Part shown: positions 1 through 10,544 of the stretch, one piece after another | Layout: every line of letters starts with the position of its first letter | Position numbering within the stretch: position 1 is the stretch's first letter | Origin: Promethearchaeia archaeon | GTDB lineage: Archaea; Asgardarchaeota; Lokiarchaeia; Sigyniarchaeales; SOKP01 | DNA length: 64,000 bases | Direction of reading: 5' to 3' | Assembly (NCBI GenBank): GCA_046483985.1 | Contig: JAWOCD010000120.1 | Span: forward strand, 1 to 64,000 | Notes under the pieces: model-generated | Databases searched by the model: none | What the model saw: the letters and a program-made list of their open reading frames with translations, nothing else | Told to the model about the DNA's origin: nothing | Program-made: the position numbers and the translations under genes

Positions 1-30
1 AAAAAAAGTCCCAAGCCGAGGGTTTAGGGT

Positions 31-420
31 TTAATTCATCTTTTTGTTTAAATAATCATGGATTGCAGATTTTAATGCATCTGCGGCTAAATGTGAGCAA
101 TGCATCTTATCATCGGATAATCCGCCCAACGCATCAGATATCTCTTGATCAGAAATCCCAAGTGCTTCCTTTAAGGTTTTTCCTTTTGCTAATACCGTGG
201 TCATACTGGAGGTGGCGATTACAGTCCCGCACCCGAACGTTTGAAAGGTGATGTCTTCAATTATCTCATCATTGTTTCCGTTTTTCCCTACTTTTATGTA
301 AATGTAAACTAAATCATGGCACGAAGGACTTTGAATTTCGCCTAATCCATCGGCTTTCTTTAGTTCTCCAATATTTCTGGGGTGCTTAAAATGGTCTAAA
401 ACTTCTTCTGAATATTTCAA
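31..420 (-). CDS. iscU: IscU/NifU-type Fe-S scaffold protein
   Basis: YSEEVLDHFKHPRNIG start; three conserved Cys in CHD, FGCG and KMHC. Confidence 0.93.
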   Translation of the reverse strand: MKYSEEVLDHFKHPRNIGELKKADGLGEIQSPSCHDLVYIYIKVGKNGNNDEIIEDITFQTFGCGTVIATSSMTTVLAKGKTLKEALGISDQEISDALGGLSDDKMHCSHLAADALKSAIHDYLNKKMN

Positions 421-455
421 ATCTAATTCCCCAAATTATTTTCATGATTATAAAA

Positions 456-2861
456 CTAATATTCTTGGTTTAAAATCATTAATTTCTGTTCCTCTGGGAC
501 CGAAACCCGCTTTATATCCATTTTCTTTATCTCCTTGGCTATACTCACCAACTTAGATGGATTCTGATGGAAGAAACAAACTTCTTTCGGCTCTAAATGG
601 TTTATCATTTCTTTTAATTGAATCTTGTCACCATGTAATTTTATTTTCAGATTCGTAGCAAAATTGTTTAAAAATAGCGCGCGCATGGGAACTTTCCACG
701 AATCCGTGAATTCTATCAGCTTGGTCTCCTTTTTCTTACCCGACCCATTTATCAAGTCCGCACCTGGTTTTTCCCGGATGGCTCCTGTGAGATAGACTAA
801 ATTATGGGGTTTTCTCCCAATACGACTAATAATGTTTCGAATTATCCCGTAAGATAAGTCAGGAGGATGTGAAATGATGATGTTATTCTTTTTATCAAGA
901 AAGTCAAGATTATCGTGGTCAAACCATCGGAATTTGATACTGTTAAACGGATTTGCTTTATCACGTATTAATTTTGATATCGGACCGTAAATATATTGAT
1001 AACGATGGTTAATCACTTGAATATTTTTTCTTACTATTTTATCCACATAAATATTGGGGCGTTTTTTATAATCGTGTCGGAGTTGCTTTTTTCTGAAATA
1101 TCTCCAAATTTTCAGCATGAGGGTAATTGCCAGTGACGACGGATCTGCCCCGATGAGGCAATCATCACCATATTCTGCTTTTTGCTCTAAAAACAATAAG
1201 AGGGTTTTCAGTTGTTGTGAGAAATTATCAAATTCTTCGTTTGCACATGTGCCATCAATTAGTAGAAAATCAATTGGTCTGGATATTTGATCTAAAAACC
1301 GACGAGTCCCAGCAAAGGGGGAATAATCCCAATAAGTATAGTCCCCCGTAAATAAAAAGCGAAAACCTCTTAGCTTCGAGAGGAGCATTAAGGCTCCCGG
1401 CATATGTCCTGCGTGATAGAAGGCTAAATAACAATCACGCTCCTTAAATTCGATTTTTTCTCCGTTTTCTACATAGATTACATTTTTAACAACATTTCGA
1501 TATTCCTCTTGTTCAATTTCCTCTTGTGAATCCTGCTTCAAAAAATCGGAATCTCGCAAAATGTAAAGATCCAAGGTAATTCGAGAGCAGAAAATTGGAA
1601 GATCCGGAAATTTTTTAATCAATTCGTTTAAGCCAGAAATATGATCAAAATGACTATGAGAAAGAAAAATTGCATCTATTTGAGGTATTTCTCCTTTTTT
1701 ACCGTTTAAATCTTTAACTTCTTTGCTTGTGCTCGCTTCCTTAGATTTTTCATGTGAATCCGTAACATCTTCATCGAAGTCCATTAAATTTTGAATCTCT
1801 TTTAAGGGTGCCTTTTCGTCCTTTGCTTTCTTTTGACTTTTCGTTTTCTTAATTTTTTCTAAACGATTTAATTCAGTTTTAATTAGATCGTCTTTCTTAT
1901 CTAAATATTTGTGAAATACTTCGATATCTTCTTTGGATATTCCACATTCTAATATTATGTTGAACTTTCCTATGCTAAGTACCAAACAATTTTGATCGGG
2001 TTTTAATTTTACGGGAAAAAGAGAAATTTGCACGTCCTCAATTTTTTGTCCTTCGTGCAAAATTGACACATCATCAAAGGAGTGGGCATCATATCGTTTC
2101 TCGATCTTATCTATTGCCGTGCACACATCGCTGGATCCCACGGGCACTCCGGTAATGTAGAAATACCAGCCGTATCTTTTTACAAGTTTCTTTAGATGTT
2201 TGTACATCTCATCTCCAATTAAGGATTTAACCACAATTACCCGTTCTTTCTTATAATAAAGGATTTTCCTAATTGCTTTTTTTTCTACAAGCGGGACCAA
2301 TTTATTTTTAAAGAAAAAATCGTGCAGTAATTTCTTTATCGGCATTTGAGGCACATGGTGAGACTTTATGATATTCCGATATTTAAAATATTCTTTTGTA
2401 TGATACAGGGAACGCATGTTTTTTTTCTCAACGACTGGAATGGTTAGCTCATTAAAGGTAAATTCATCCTCTGAAACCATGACCTCATCTTCTAATCCCC
2501 CGGATGATTTGGATTTTCCCTTCTGTTCAGGGCGTTCCACAAAGAAAAACCATCCATACTCTTTGACCAATTTTGTCCGTTTCCAGATAATCGGTCTTCC
2601 TTGATTGGTAAGTACAATGATGATTCTATCTTCCGGGGCATATAAAATCTTCGAAATCGATTTCTTTACCTTTTTTTCAATATAATCGTTAACGTGAAAG
2701 AAATGTTGGATAACATCTTCAATAGGTTGCCGAGGAATTTCTTTATTTTCCATATATTTCAATTTTTTCTTATAAGAAGGAATTTTATACGATGATTCTA
2801 AATCTTCAATTCTCTCAATTTTGACATTCTCCTTTCCATAGTTAAATTCCTCAATAGTCAT
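456..2861 (-). CDS. Beta-CASP metallo-beta-lactamase nuclease, divergent aCPSF1-like, with two KH-like N-terminal repeats
   Basis: HSHFDH, AGHMPG, TGDY, IDGT, LHGD and FHQ motifs; N-terminal ~70-aa duplication (K-I-L-Y...KLVK-x-YGW) resembling the aCPSF1 KH region. Confidence 0.75.
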   Translation of the reverse strand: MTIEEFNYGKENVKIERIEDLESSYKIPSYKKKLKYMENKEIPRQPIEDVIQHFFHVNDYIEKKVKKSISKILYAPEDRIIIVLTNQGRPIIWKRTKLVKEYGWFFFVERPEQKGKSKSSGGLEDEVMVSEDEFTFNELTIPVVEKKNMRSLYHTKEYFKYRNIIKSHHVPQMPIKKLLHDFFFKNKLVPLVEKKAIRKILYYKKERVIVVKSLIGDEMYKHLKKLVKRYGWYFYITGVPVGSSDVCTAIDKIEKRYDAHSFDDVSILHEGQKIEDVQISLFPVKLKPDQNCLVLSIGKFNIILECGISKEDIEVFHKYLDKKDDLIKTELNRLEKIKKTKSQKKAKDEKAPLKEIQNLMDFDEDVTDSHEKSKEASTSKEVKDLNGKKGEIPQIDAIFLSHSHFDHISGLNELIKKFPDLPIFCSRITLDLYILRDSDFLKQDSQEEIEQEEYRNVVKNVIYVENGEKIEFKERDCYLAFYHAGHMPGALMLLSKLRGFRFLFTGDYTYWDYSPFAGTRRFLDQISRPIDFLLIDGTCANEEFDNFSQQLKTLLLFLEQKAEYGDDCLIGADPSSLAITLMLKIWRYFRKKQLRHDYKKRPNIYVDKIVRKNIQVINHRYQYIYGPISKLIRDKANPFNSIKFRWFDHDNLDFLDKKNNIIISHPPDLSYGIIRNIISRIGRKPHNLVYLTGAIREKPGADLINGSGKKKETKLIEFTDSWKVPMRALFLNNFATNLKIKLHGDKIQLKEMINHLEPKEVCFFHQNPSKLVSIAKEIKKMDIKRVSVPEEQKLMILNQEY

Positions 2862-2993
2862 ATTTTTGAATGGTTTTTGTTAGCAAAAAATTTTACGAAA
2901 GTTTTCGTCCGATTAATTTTCAATTTTCAAAAACGAGTAAAATTAGTTATCATTTTTGATGGGAGTCTTCATTGGTCTTTAAAGTATAGATTA

Positions 2994-4187
2994 TTATTTT
3001 CCCTTAAAAGGAGACATCTCTCTCAGTCGTGTTACCACTTTCGGTAATGTTTCGAATAAATATTCTATCTCCCTTTCAGTCGTAAATCTGCCAATAGTAA
3101 TCCTCAAGGATCCTTGAGCTTCATGATCATTAAGACCGATTGCCTTAAGTACATGAGAAGGGTTAGAAGATTCTGATGAGCATGCTGATCCGGTAGAAAC
3201 GCCAATACCTTCCGTATCTAAATCTAAAACTATTGATTCTCCATCTATATGGTTAACGGTAAGATTTACGTTATTGGGAAGCCGTTTAGTGGGGTGCCCG
3301 TTTAAAAAGCTTCCATCGATTTCTGAGGTTATCGTAGAGATTATATTGTCCCGCAATTCAATCTGTCGTGCTTTTTCTTCCTCCATTTCTTCCCCAGTAA
3401 GCTCCGCTGCTTTTGCAAACCCCGCAACCAGTGGAACCGCGACTGTGCTGGGACGTATATCGTTCTCGTGACCCCCTCCATACATAAGTGGTTCAAGGTA
3501 TAGATTTCCATTTTCCCTCCTTCCTCCATTGCGCATATATATGAGTCCGATCCCTTTTGGCCCATAGATTTTGTGGGAACTGGCAGAAAGGAGATCAATA
3601 TTCATCTCATCTACGTCAATAGGAATCTTTCCGAACGCTTGTACGGCATCGGTATGAAAAAGTACCTCATTATCGTGGGCAATTTGTCCAATCTCGCGCA
3701 TTGGTTGGATGGTTCCAATTTCGTTATTTGCGGTCATAATACTTAGCAAGATCGTTTGATCGGTGATTTTCTCTTTTAATTGCTCTAAATCAACCATTCC
3801 ATTTTCATCCACAGATAAGTATGTGACCTTATACCCGTTTTTTTCTAAATATTTGCACGGATTTTCAATGGCATGATGTTCAATCGATGTGGTAATGATA
3901 TGGTTTCCGTTCTTTTTGTTTTTCCGCGCTACTCCAAGAATTCCCAAATTATCTGCTTCCGTTCCTGAAGAAGTGAAAAATATCTCAGAATGTCCGGCGT
4001 TTATCAATGGTGCAATCTCCTTTCTCGAATTTTCTAAAACATCAGCGGCTTTTTGCCCAATTGAATGGACGCTGGATGAATTTCCAAATGTCTCTCTAAG
4101 ATGGGCATCTATTACCTCAATTACCCTCTCATCCATTGGGGTAGTTGCCGCGTAATCTAAATATACATAATCTTCTTTACGTTTCAT
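2994..4187 (-). CDS. iscS: Cysteine desulfurase (IscS/NifS group I)
   Basis: YLDYAATTP, HTDAVQ, SSHKIYGPKG (PLP Lys), STGSACS (catalytic Cys); ATG at 4187 preferred over the track start at 4238. Confidence 0.95.
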   Translation of the reverse strand: MKRKEDYVYLDYAATTPMDERVIEVIDAHLRETFGNSSSVHSIGQKAADVLENSRKEIAPLINAGHSEIFFTSSGTEADNLGILGVARKNKKNGNHIITTSIEHHAIENPCKYLEKNGYKVTYLSVDENGMVDLEQLKEKITDQTILLSIMTANNEIGTIQPMREIGQIAHDNEVLFHTDAVQAFGKIPIDVDEMNIDLLSASSHKIYGPKGIGLIYMRNGGRRENGNLYLEPLMYGGGHENDIRPSTVAVPLVAGFAKAAELTGEEMEEEKARQIELRDNIISTITSEIDGSFLNGHPTKRLPNNVNLTVNHIDGESIVLDLDTEGIGVSTGSACSSESSNPSHVLKAIGLNDHEAQGSLRITIGRFTTEREIEYLFETLPKVVTRLREMSPFKGK

Positions 4188-4337
4188 ATCATTATTAATC
4201 ATTGATAATTTTAATTTATAGCGAAAGAAGATCTTCAATAATCTATAACTATTAAAATTTTAAATTAACTCAAGTTATAATGTATCTATAATAAAAAATT
4301 AAGTATAAAATAAATACATCAATTTTCGTGAAGGTTT

Positions 4338-4898
4338 ATGACTCTAAAAATTATGTGGGGAATTACGGGCACCGGATATCTTTTAGAAGAATCAATAGCT
4401 CTGATGAAAGAATTGCAAGAAGATTTTGATGTGGAAATCACCGTAATGCTCTCCAAGGAGGGGGCGGTTGTTGTCAAGTGGTATAAGCAATGGGATGACC
4501 TAAATGCAGTGGTTCCCAGAGTGAAGGTGGAAAAAACACCGAATAACCCATTTTTAGCAGGACCGCTACAAATTGGAAAGTATGACTTCCTAATCGTTGC
4601 TCCTCTCTCTGCAAATAGCGTTGCAAAAATTGTGTATGGGATCGCAGACTCTTTAATTACTAATTGTGTGGCACAAACTATTAAAGGGGGAGTTCCAGTT
4701 TATCTTTTACCCAGCGACCAGCATAAAGAACCAATTATCACTTCAAAACCGGATGGAGGTAAGTTAGTCCTTAAGATTAGGGATATTGAATTAGAAAATG
4801 TGGAGAAACTTAAGAAGATGGAAGGGATCACGGTCTTTTCCGATTTTGAACATATGAAAGATTTTTTACTAAAAGAAGCGAAAGATAAAACCAGTTAG
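4338..4898 (+). CDS. afpA: Archaeoflavoprotein AfpA family flavoprotein
   Basis: WGITGTG, APLSANSVAKIVYGIADSLITN, LPSDQ. Confidence 0.85.
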   Translation: MTLKIMWGITGTGYLLEESIALMKELQEDFDVEITVMLSKEGAVVVKWYKQWDDLNAVVPRVKVEKTPNNPFLAGPLQIGKYDFLIVAPLSANSVAKIVYGIADSLITNCVAQTIKGGVPVYLLPSDQHKEPIITSKPDGGKLVLKIRDIELENVEKLKKMEGITVFSDFEHMKDFLLKEAKDKTS

Positions 4899-4915
4899 CA
4901 CATTAGCAATTTTCA

Positions 4916-5365
4916 TTACTTTACCTCGTCCGGGTTATATTTTATAACCTTTATTGCTCCTTCCGGGCAATTTAATTCGCATTTCTCACATCCTTGACAT
5001 TTTGAAATCTCAGAGTGCTTATATACCACTCCTTCTACTTTTTTCCCGTCTCTCATCACCTTACCCACTTCAAAAAGATGGTTCGGACATATTGCGCCAT
5101 CCATATCGGTACAAAGACCGCACATAGTACACTTATCATAATCGATTTTGACATTGGCCACTTCATTGGGGACAACATAGGTCACTTGTATTAAATTCCT
5201 GGGACATACCCGCTGACAATCCAAGCATCCTTTACATTTACTGTAATCTACAAATCGCAGACTTTGCTCAAAGTAAATTGCATCGTTTTTACAAGCATTG
5301 TAACATCGCTTACATTTCGTGCACCGCTCTTGATCTATTTGAATAGGGATAAATGTTTCTTTCAT
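4916..5365 (-). CDS. Polyferredoxin (multiple 4Fe-4S)
   Basis: Repeated CxxCxxCxxxC(P) motifs, about four clusters. Confidence 0.9.
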   Translation of the reverse strand: MKETFIPIQIDQERCTKCKRCYNACKNDAIYFEQSLRFVDYSKCKGCLDCQRVCPRNLIQVTYVVPNEVANVKIDYDKCTMCGLCTDMDGAICPNHLFEVGKVMRDGKKVEGVVYKHSEISKCQGCEKCELNCPEGAIKVIKYNPDEVK

Positions 5366-5599
5366 TTTTTATACCGTCATTATATTCTTGTGTAAACACT
5401 ATTTTAAAGATGATTTCAATACATTTAAAATTGAGTTTTATAAGAAATTAGATTAAGTTGTGGATAGAGATCCATAATTATCTCCAATTTAGGATTATGA
5501 TGGAAGAAAAAGCATTAATTTTTTTGTCCGAAAAATTGATAATATTAAAATGGAGAGGAGTCTAGATAACGGGTAACTGGATTTAGTGGTAAAATCCAG

Positions 5600-6394
5600 T
5601 TATTGATAATACTCCGTGTAACCACCTTGTCCACCTTGTGTGAGTTGTTTCTTTTGATATTCCTTGGCCTTTTCAGCAAGTTCTAACATCTTTTCCTTTA
5701 TTTCTTTACCCTCATCGATTAACGGTTTGGTGTTAATTTCTAACCCATAAATCTTATTGAGGATCTCAATAATTGCGGCAGCTCCTTCTGGTGTGGGAAT
5801 CTGAAAGACAGGAGTAAAAAAAGCGCGAGGATCCAAACGATTGGTTAAGGCTTCATTTAGAATAGTTGCTTCTGGTCCCGCAATAACTCCCTTTTCAACT
5901 TTCTCAACCCCCAAATTTTCCACTTCTTCCAGCTTTTTTTCTGCTGCATAAAATACCGGAAATTCATCAATCATTCCTTTTTTAGGGATGCCTTGAAACA
6001 CCACCACTTGGGAAGCTTTGACATCGTCCGATAGTGCCCAATTACAGATGGTTCGAGAAAGATCATTATAGGCTGACGGTGCTTCAAAGGGAACTTCTAT
6101 AATGCCTACAATTACATTATACTTAGGGCTGTAATATAAGCGAAAGGGATGTTTAAGCAATCCATTGTAAAACACACTAATCGGAGGGAGATATTCAGAT
6201 GTTATAAAGCCAATTTGTTTAATATCGGGGATTTGGTCAATTAAAGCATTGGCGATTATAGGTCCTATTAACCCTACCCCCGCAAAACCCAACATCATAG
6301 TCGCTTTTGGCTGGATATCGACCCCAACATCTTCAATTACTACAGATGACTTCTTTCCTGGCGGGCAAACATAAGTTTTCTTTATTTTCGTCAT
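5600..6394 (-). CDS. PAC2-family proteasome assembly chaperone
   Basis: GFAGVGLIG, PPISV...HPFRLY, PTPEGAAAII and a YYQ-type C-terminal tail; ATG at 6394 preferred. Confidence 0.85.
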   Translation of the reverse strand: MTKIKKTYVCPPGKKSSVVIEDVGVDIQPKATMMLGFAGVGLIGPIIANALIDQIPDIKQIGFITSEYLPPISVFYNGLLKHPFRLYYSPKYNVIVGIIEVPFEAPSAYNDLSRTICNWALSDDVKASQVVVFQGIPKKGMIDEFPVFYAAEKKLEEVENLGVEKVEKGVIAGPEATILNEALTNRLDPRAFFTPVFQIPTPEGAAAIIEILNKIYGLEINTKPLIDEGKEIKEKMLELAEKAKEYQKKQLTQGGQGGYTEYYQ

Positions 6395-6574
6395 ATTCTC
6401 ACTATAATTTTTAATTATACTTAACAACTAAAAATCTATTAAATAATATAAAATCTGAAACTTTTTTTATATTTTGTTTACTGGTATGAAAAGTAATTTT
6501 TTATTAAACTAAATGTTAAATAATATACAAGTTAATTTATTACAAAAAAGATGGAAGAAGGCGTTTAGTTAAAG

Positions 6575-7375
6575 ATGGACTTATTACAACTAGAGAATGT
6601 TACCATCCCAACATTTGAAGGGGATAGTATCATCGTAGATGACGCAAGCTTCGGTGTAAAGGAAGGATCAATCCACGCAATTATTGGTCCGAACGGAAGC
6701 GGGAAATCTACACTTGCATATAGTATTATGGGAATAGATACCTATACCCCCTCTCACGGAAAAATCTATTTTGACGGAAAAGATATAACTGATCTCGATA
6801 TCACAGAGAGGGCAAAAAGGGGGATTACATTGGCATGGCAAGAGCCTGCTCGCATCGATGGACTTTCGGTCTTTAAATACATTTCATTGGGAATAAAAGA
6901 CAAGTCAAATTTATTGGAAGATGTAAAAAACTTTCTGGAGATTGTCAACTTAGAACCTAAGGAATACCTATCCCGGGAGATTAATGAAACCTTAAGTGGA
7001 GGAGAGCGGAAACGAATTGAATTGGCAGCTGCTATTGCAATGCAACCCCGACTAATTATACTTGATGAGCCCGATTCTGGGTTAGATGTGATTATCACAG
7101 AGGATTTTCTTAATATTTTTAACAAAATCAAGAATCTTAATATGACCATTCTGCTGATTACTCATAGAGAAGAGATTGGGATGGTTGCTGATTACGGAAC
7201 CCTTCTCTGGCACGGAAATATGGTGATTACCGATGAATTTCCCGAAGTTATGCTTCGTTATTGTAAAAAGGCAGGCTTAAAAGAGTTCTGTAAGCGCACG
7301 TTGTTTAAGAATGGTGAGCGATGCTTTTCAGAAGATTATATTGACAAAATATTTGAGGGAGAGGAAGAATTATGA
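6575..7375 (+). CDS. sufC: SufC/SmsC-type Fe-S assembly ABC ATPase
   Basis: GPNGSGKST, AWQEP, LSGGERKRIE, LDEPDSGLD; directly upstream of a SufB/D gene. Confidence 0.88.
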   Translation: MDLLQLENVTIPTFEGDSIIVDDASFGVKEGSIHAIIGPNGSGKSTLAYSIMGIDTYTPSHGKIYFDGKDITDLDITERAKRGITLAWQEPARIDGLSVFKYISLGIKDKSNLLEDVKNFLEIVNLEPKEYLSREINETLSGGERKRIELAAAIAMQPRLIILDEPDSGLDVIITEDFLNIFNKIKNLNMTILLITHREEIGMVADYGTLLWHGNMVITDEFPEVMLRYCKKAGLKEFCKRTLFKNGERCFSEDYIDKIFEGEEEL

Positions 7376-8331
7376 GCGAAGAGGAATATCCGGAGGACAT
7401 TTTAAAAAGTTTAGAAGATTATGAGATTGATGTGGAGGATTTTATCCCTGGACATGGAAAGGGCGCAAAATTGCTTTTAGATTTTAATAATGTGAAAGGA
7501 GTCGAAGAAAAAGAGGGCGTTATATTAAAGGCTCGGGAAATACCGAATGGAATCGTTGCAGATGTAATTATAAAAGAGGGAACAAAGTTAGAAGAACCGG
7601 TCCACCTCTGTTTTGGAGTGAATAAACAAACGGGCGTTCAAGAATTATTTCCACGAATTATCGCAGAAGATAATACGGATGTTACCGTTCAAGCGCACTG
7701 CAGTTTTCCGAATGCGGATGGATTAATTCATAAAATGTTCGGACATTTTTACATCGGAGAGAATTGTAACTTTGAATATGCTGAAACCCATTATCATGGG
7801 GAAAAGAGCGGAGCAACCGTTGCACCCGTGGGATATATGTATGTAGGGGAGAATAGTGTATTTGAAAATAGTTTTCGATTAACTCGAGGCACTCCTGGAG
7901 ATGTGAAAATCATGTTAGATATCTACGCCATGAAAAATAGCATCATTCGATCAAATGTGAAGGCTTTCGGAAAAAATAAAAACGATTCCGTGCGAATTCG
8001 GGATTCCATCTTTTTAGAAGGAGATAATTCCCGTAGTATTCTCAAAATGAAAGCTGCTGCGAAAGATGGTGGTGAAGTCTTGATGTATGGGGTTACCGAA
8101 GGAAATGCCCCCAATTGTAACGGTCATGTAGAATGTAATGAAATTGTTTTGGGGAAAGGCTCCATTTGTCGAGCAAGACCCTTTATTCGTGCCACCGATC
8201 CGAATTCTAGCGTATCACATGAAGCATCGCTCGGGCGATTTCCCCGTAAGTGGTTAAACGAACTCCAAGCGAAAGGGTTAACGGAGGAAAAAGCCACAGA
8301 AGTGTTAATTGAAGCTATGTTAAACGAATAA
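7372..8331 (+). CDS. sufB: SufB/SufD (SmsB)-family Fe-S scaffold
   Basis: PVHLCFG, AHCSFP, GHVEC, SHEASLG; ATGA overlap with sufC. Confidence 0.88.
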   Translation: MSEEEYPEDILKSLEDYEIDVEDFIPGHGKGAKLLLDFNNVKGVEEKEGVILKAREIPNGIVADVIIKEGTKLEEPVHLCFGVNKQTGVQELFPRIIAEDNTDVTVQAHCSFPNADGLIHKMFGHFYIGENCNFEYAETHYHGEKSGATVAPVGYMYVGENSVFENSFRLTRGTPGDVKIMLDIYAMKNSIIRSNVKAFGKNKNDSVRIRDSIFLEGDNSRSILKMKAAAKDGGEVLMYGVTEGNAPNCNGHVECNEIVLGKGSICRARPFIRATDPNSSVSHEASLGRFPRKWLNELQAKGLTEEKATEVLIEAMLNE

Positions 8332-8376
8332 TATTTAAAATAAACTTTAGAATAATTTAAAATAAATGTGTGAAAG

Positions 8377-9021
8377 ATGAAAGAGGAGACCAAATATCAT
8401 AAGTATCGCTTTGTTGGCAAAATAAATGTAGATGAGATTCAACCTTGGTTTGATTTCACGTCATCTAGACCGTGGGATGAAGCAGAAATCCCATGGGTGT
8501 TGGACAATCGTGTGAGAAGAGAAATTTTATTTATCCTATCCGATGGACCGTTAAGTTTTGAGGAATTGCACGAGAAAGTTAACTTTGCTCCTCAACCCCT
8601 ACTTGTATCTCAAGAAGAACATGAGTGTCATATGACATATCAGTGGCCTCGTAAAACATTGGAGAATCACTTGCTAAATCTCGAATGGTATAATTTAATT
8701 CAAAAAGAAGGAGAGAAATATCATCTCTCGTTTCCGGTGGTAAAAACCGATAAAATGGACAAGGTAAAATCTTATGTCACCAAATTCGCAAACCATTGGA
8801 TTAAAGTCATACAAGACCTCAAAGCAGAGATCAAAACCGATTTGACCTCGATTGAAGATCAAACAGCGCTGTATGATTTATTGATCGAAAATGCGGTTGA
8901 AAAACTCCATACCCTGTTAAAAGCAGAGGGAATTCTCCCGGATGAATCGAATCTCAAAGCATTATGGGCAGAAGAACTTAGGGACATCAATTTTGAAGAG
9001 TGGGTGCAAAAAAATTATTAG
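8377..9021 (+). CDS. ArsR-like winged-helix protein
   Basis: RREILFILSDGPLSFEEL...LENHLLNLEWYNLI pattern. Confidence 0.5.
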   Translation: MKEETKYHKYRFVGKINVDEIQPWFDFTSSRPWDEAEIPWVLDNRVRREILFILSDGPLSFEELHEKVNFAPQPLLVSQEEHECHMTYQWPRKTLENHLLNLEWYNLIQKEGEKYHLSFPVVKTDKMDKVKSYVTKFANHWIKVIQDLKAEIKTDLTSIEDQTALYDLLIENAVEKLHTLLKAEGILPDESNLKALWAEELRDINFEEWVQKNY

Positions 9022-9112
9022 AGGACTTAACCCTCTCAAACTTTTAAATATTTAAAATTTAAAATTTTCAGTTTTTCCGGTATGGGATTTTGTTTTTTCA
9101 GTATTTTTCATT

Positions 9113-9463
9113 TTACTTTTTTTTCCAAATATTATATTTATAGCAAATTTCTTCGGATATGTAAATTCGGTTAGTAAATTTTAAATTTAAATCATCATAT
9201 TCTCTGTATTCTTCATTTTCAATAAGTTTTTTACCATCCTTTTCCGATATAATAAGGGGATATAGATACTCACCGTTAATTAAATCATCAAAAACAACAA
9301 TATAATCATCTTCATTTTCTTCCAAATCTTCATTTTGATAAGTCTCTAAAACAGAAGATTTCAAAGCATCTTCTTTTATGAATCTTTTATAGAATTTATC
9401 TTTCAATAAATTTTTAATTTGTACTATTATAAAACGCTTGTTTCTAATCAATTTTCTATTCAC
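9113..9463 (-). CDS. Hypothetical protein in an AT-rich patch
   Basis: 116-aa ORF with no recognisable motif. Confidence 0.4.
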   Translation of the reverse strand: MNRKLIRNKRFIIVQIKNLLKDKFYKRFIKEDALKSSVLETYQNEDLEENEDDYIVVFDDLINGEYLYPLIISEKDGKKLIENEEYREYDDLNLKFTNRIYISEEICYKYNIWKKK

Positions 9464-9892
9464 TTCTTTTATTTTTTTTTTTTAGTAAAAGCCGTTTCAA
9501 AATCAAGATCTCCGGTTTGATCCGTAAATCCGGTATAATCTTCTTGATTTTCGTAAATCCTAATTGTATTTTTTTTTTGCATATTTGAGTAACCTTTTAT
9601 TTTTTGTAGTTTTTTAATGTTTTGATATAATATAATTATATCTTATCCTATTTAAAGCTTTAGGCGTAATAGAAAGGCGTATAATATATTTTCTATGATT
9701 TAGATTATTCAGAATAATAATATCACTATTATGCTTTATATTATCCCTTGTATTAGTATCTGTATTAGTAATTGTTAAGTTATCTAACTTAACAGGGTTA
9801 ATAAGAAAGAGTAAAAAAAGTATTAAAAACCCTCTAAATCCATTTATAGGGTAAAAAAGGAAAAGATAATAAATTACTAATCTTGACTTTAT

Positions 9893-10395
9893 TCATTCTT
9901 GAATCACCCTGTAACGTAATTTATCTTTTGATTTTGGATTATATTCAATTGCATTTTCTTTTACTAATTGATTACAAAGATTTGTAATAGTTTCTTCATT
10001 TTTTCCTAAGATTGCAGCGATCTCCCCGGAATTAAACGATCCTCTTTTTATTATTTTAAAGACTTTAGCTTTTAGGTCCGTTTCTTTTTGTACGTTTATT
10101 TTTTCGGCCATGGATTTTTGAATTTCGGTAAGTTTTTTTATTGCTTGTGTAATCTCCTTATCTTTTTCTTTTCGTTCTTTTTTAAGGAGTTTTAATAGTT
10201 CTTTTGTAGTATTTTTATCCGTTTGATCTTTCCGGTTTAAGGCTCCAAAATCCCCTCATGTTCTATAAACTCATTTACGGAATGCGTAATTAGATATGTT
10301 AAGCTCCTTATCTCCGGTCTTTCACTTATAAAATTTTCCCAATATTCTTTTACATTGGGATTTATTCTGATTTGTATGTAAGCCTTAAAAAACAT
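9893..10395 (-). pseudogene. Frameshifted RHH - coiled coil - wHTH DNA-binding protein
   Basis: ORF 10395-10237 (MFFKAYIQIRINPNVKEYWENFISERPEIRSLTYLITHSVNEFIE, RHH-like) joins the open frame of ORF 9893..10111 if one base is added at GAGGGGATTTT (~10250-10257). Confidence 0.55.
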
Positions 10396-10544
10396 TACAT
10401 TTTCATTACCTTTTCATTATATTATCTACATATTACACTTATTCTTAAAGAAATTTGTAATCTCTAGATATATATCTAAATATTCTTAGGCTATAATTTG
10501 GATAATATTTTCTAATTGAATAATGAAAAACGATAGTAAATAAA

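Noticed and set aside
10463-10482. dif-like palindrome TCTAGATATATATCTAAA upstream of smc
   Set aside because: Lacks the 6-bp spacer between 11-bp arms; compatible with chance in AT-rich DNA
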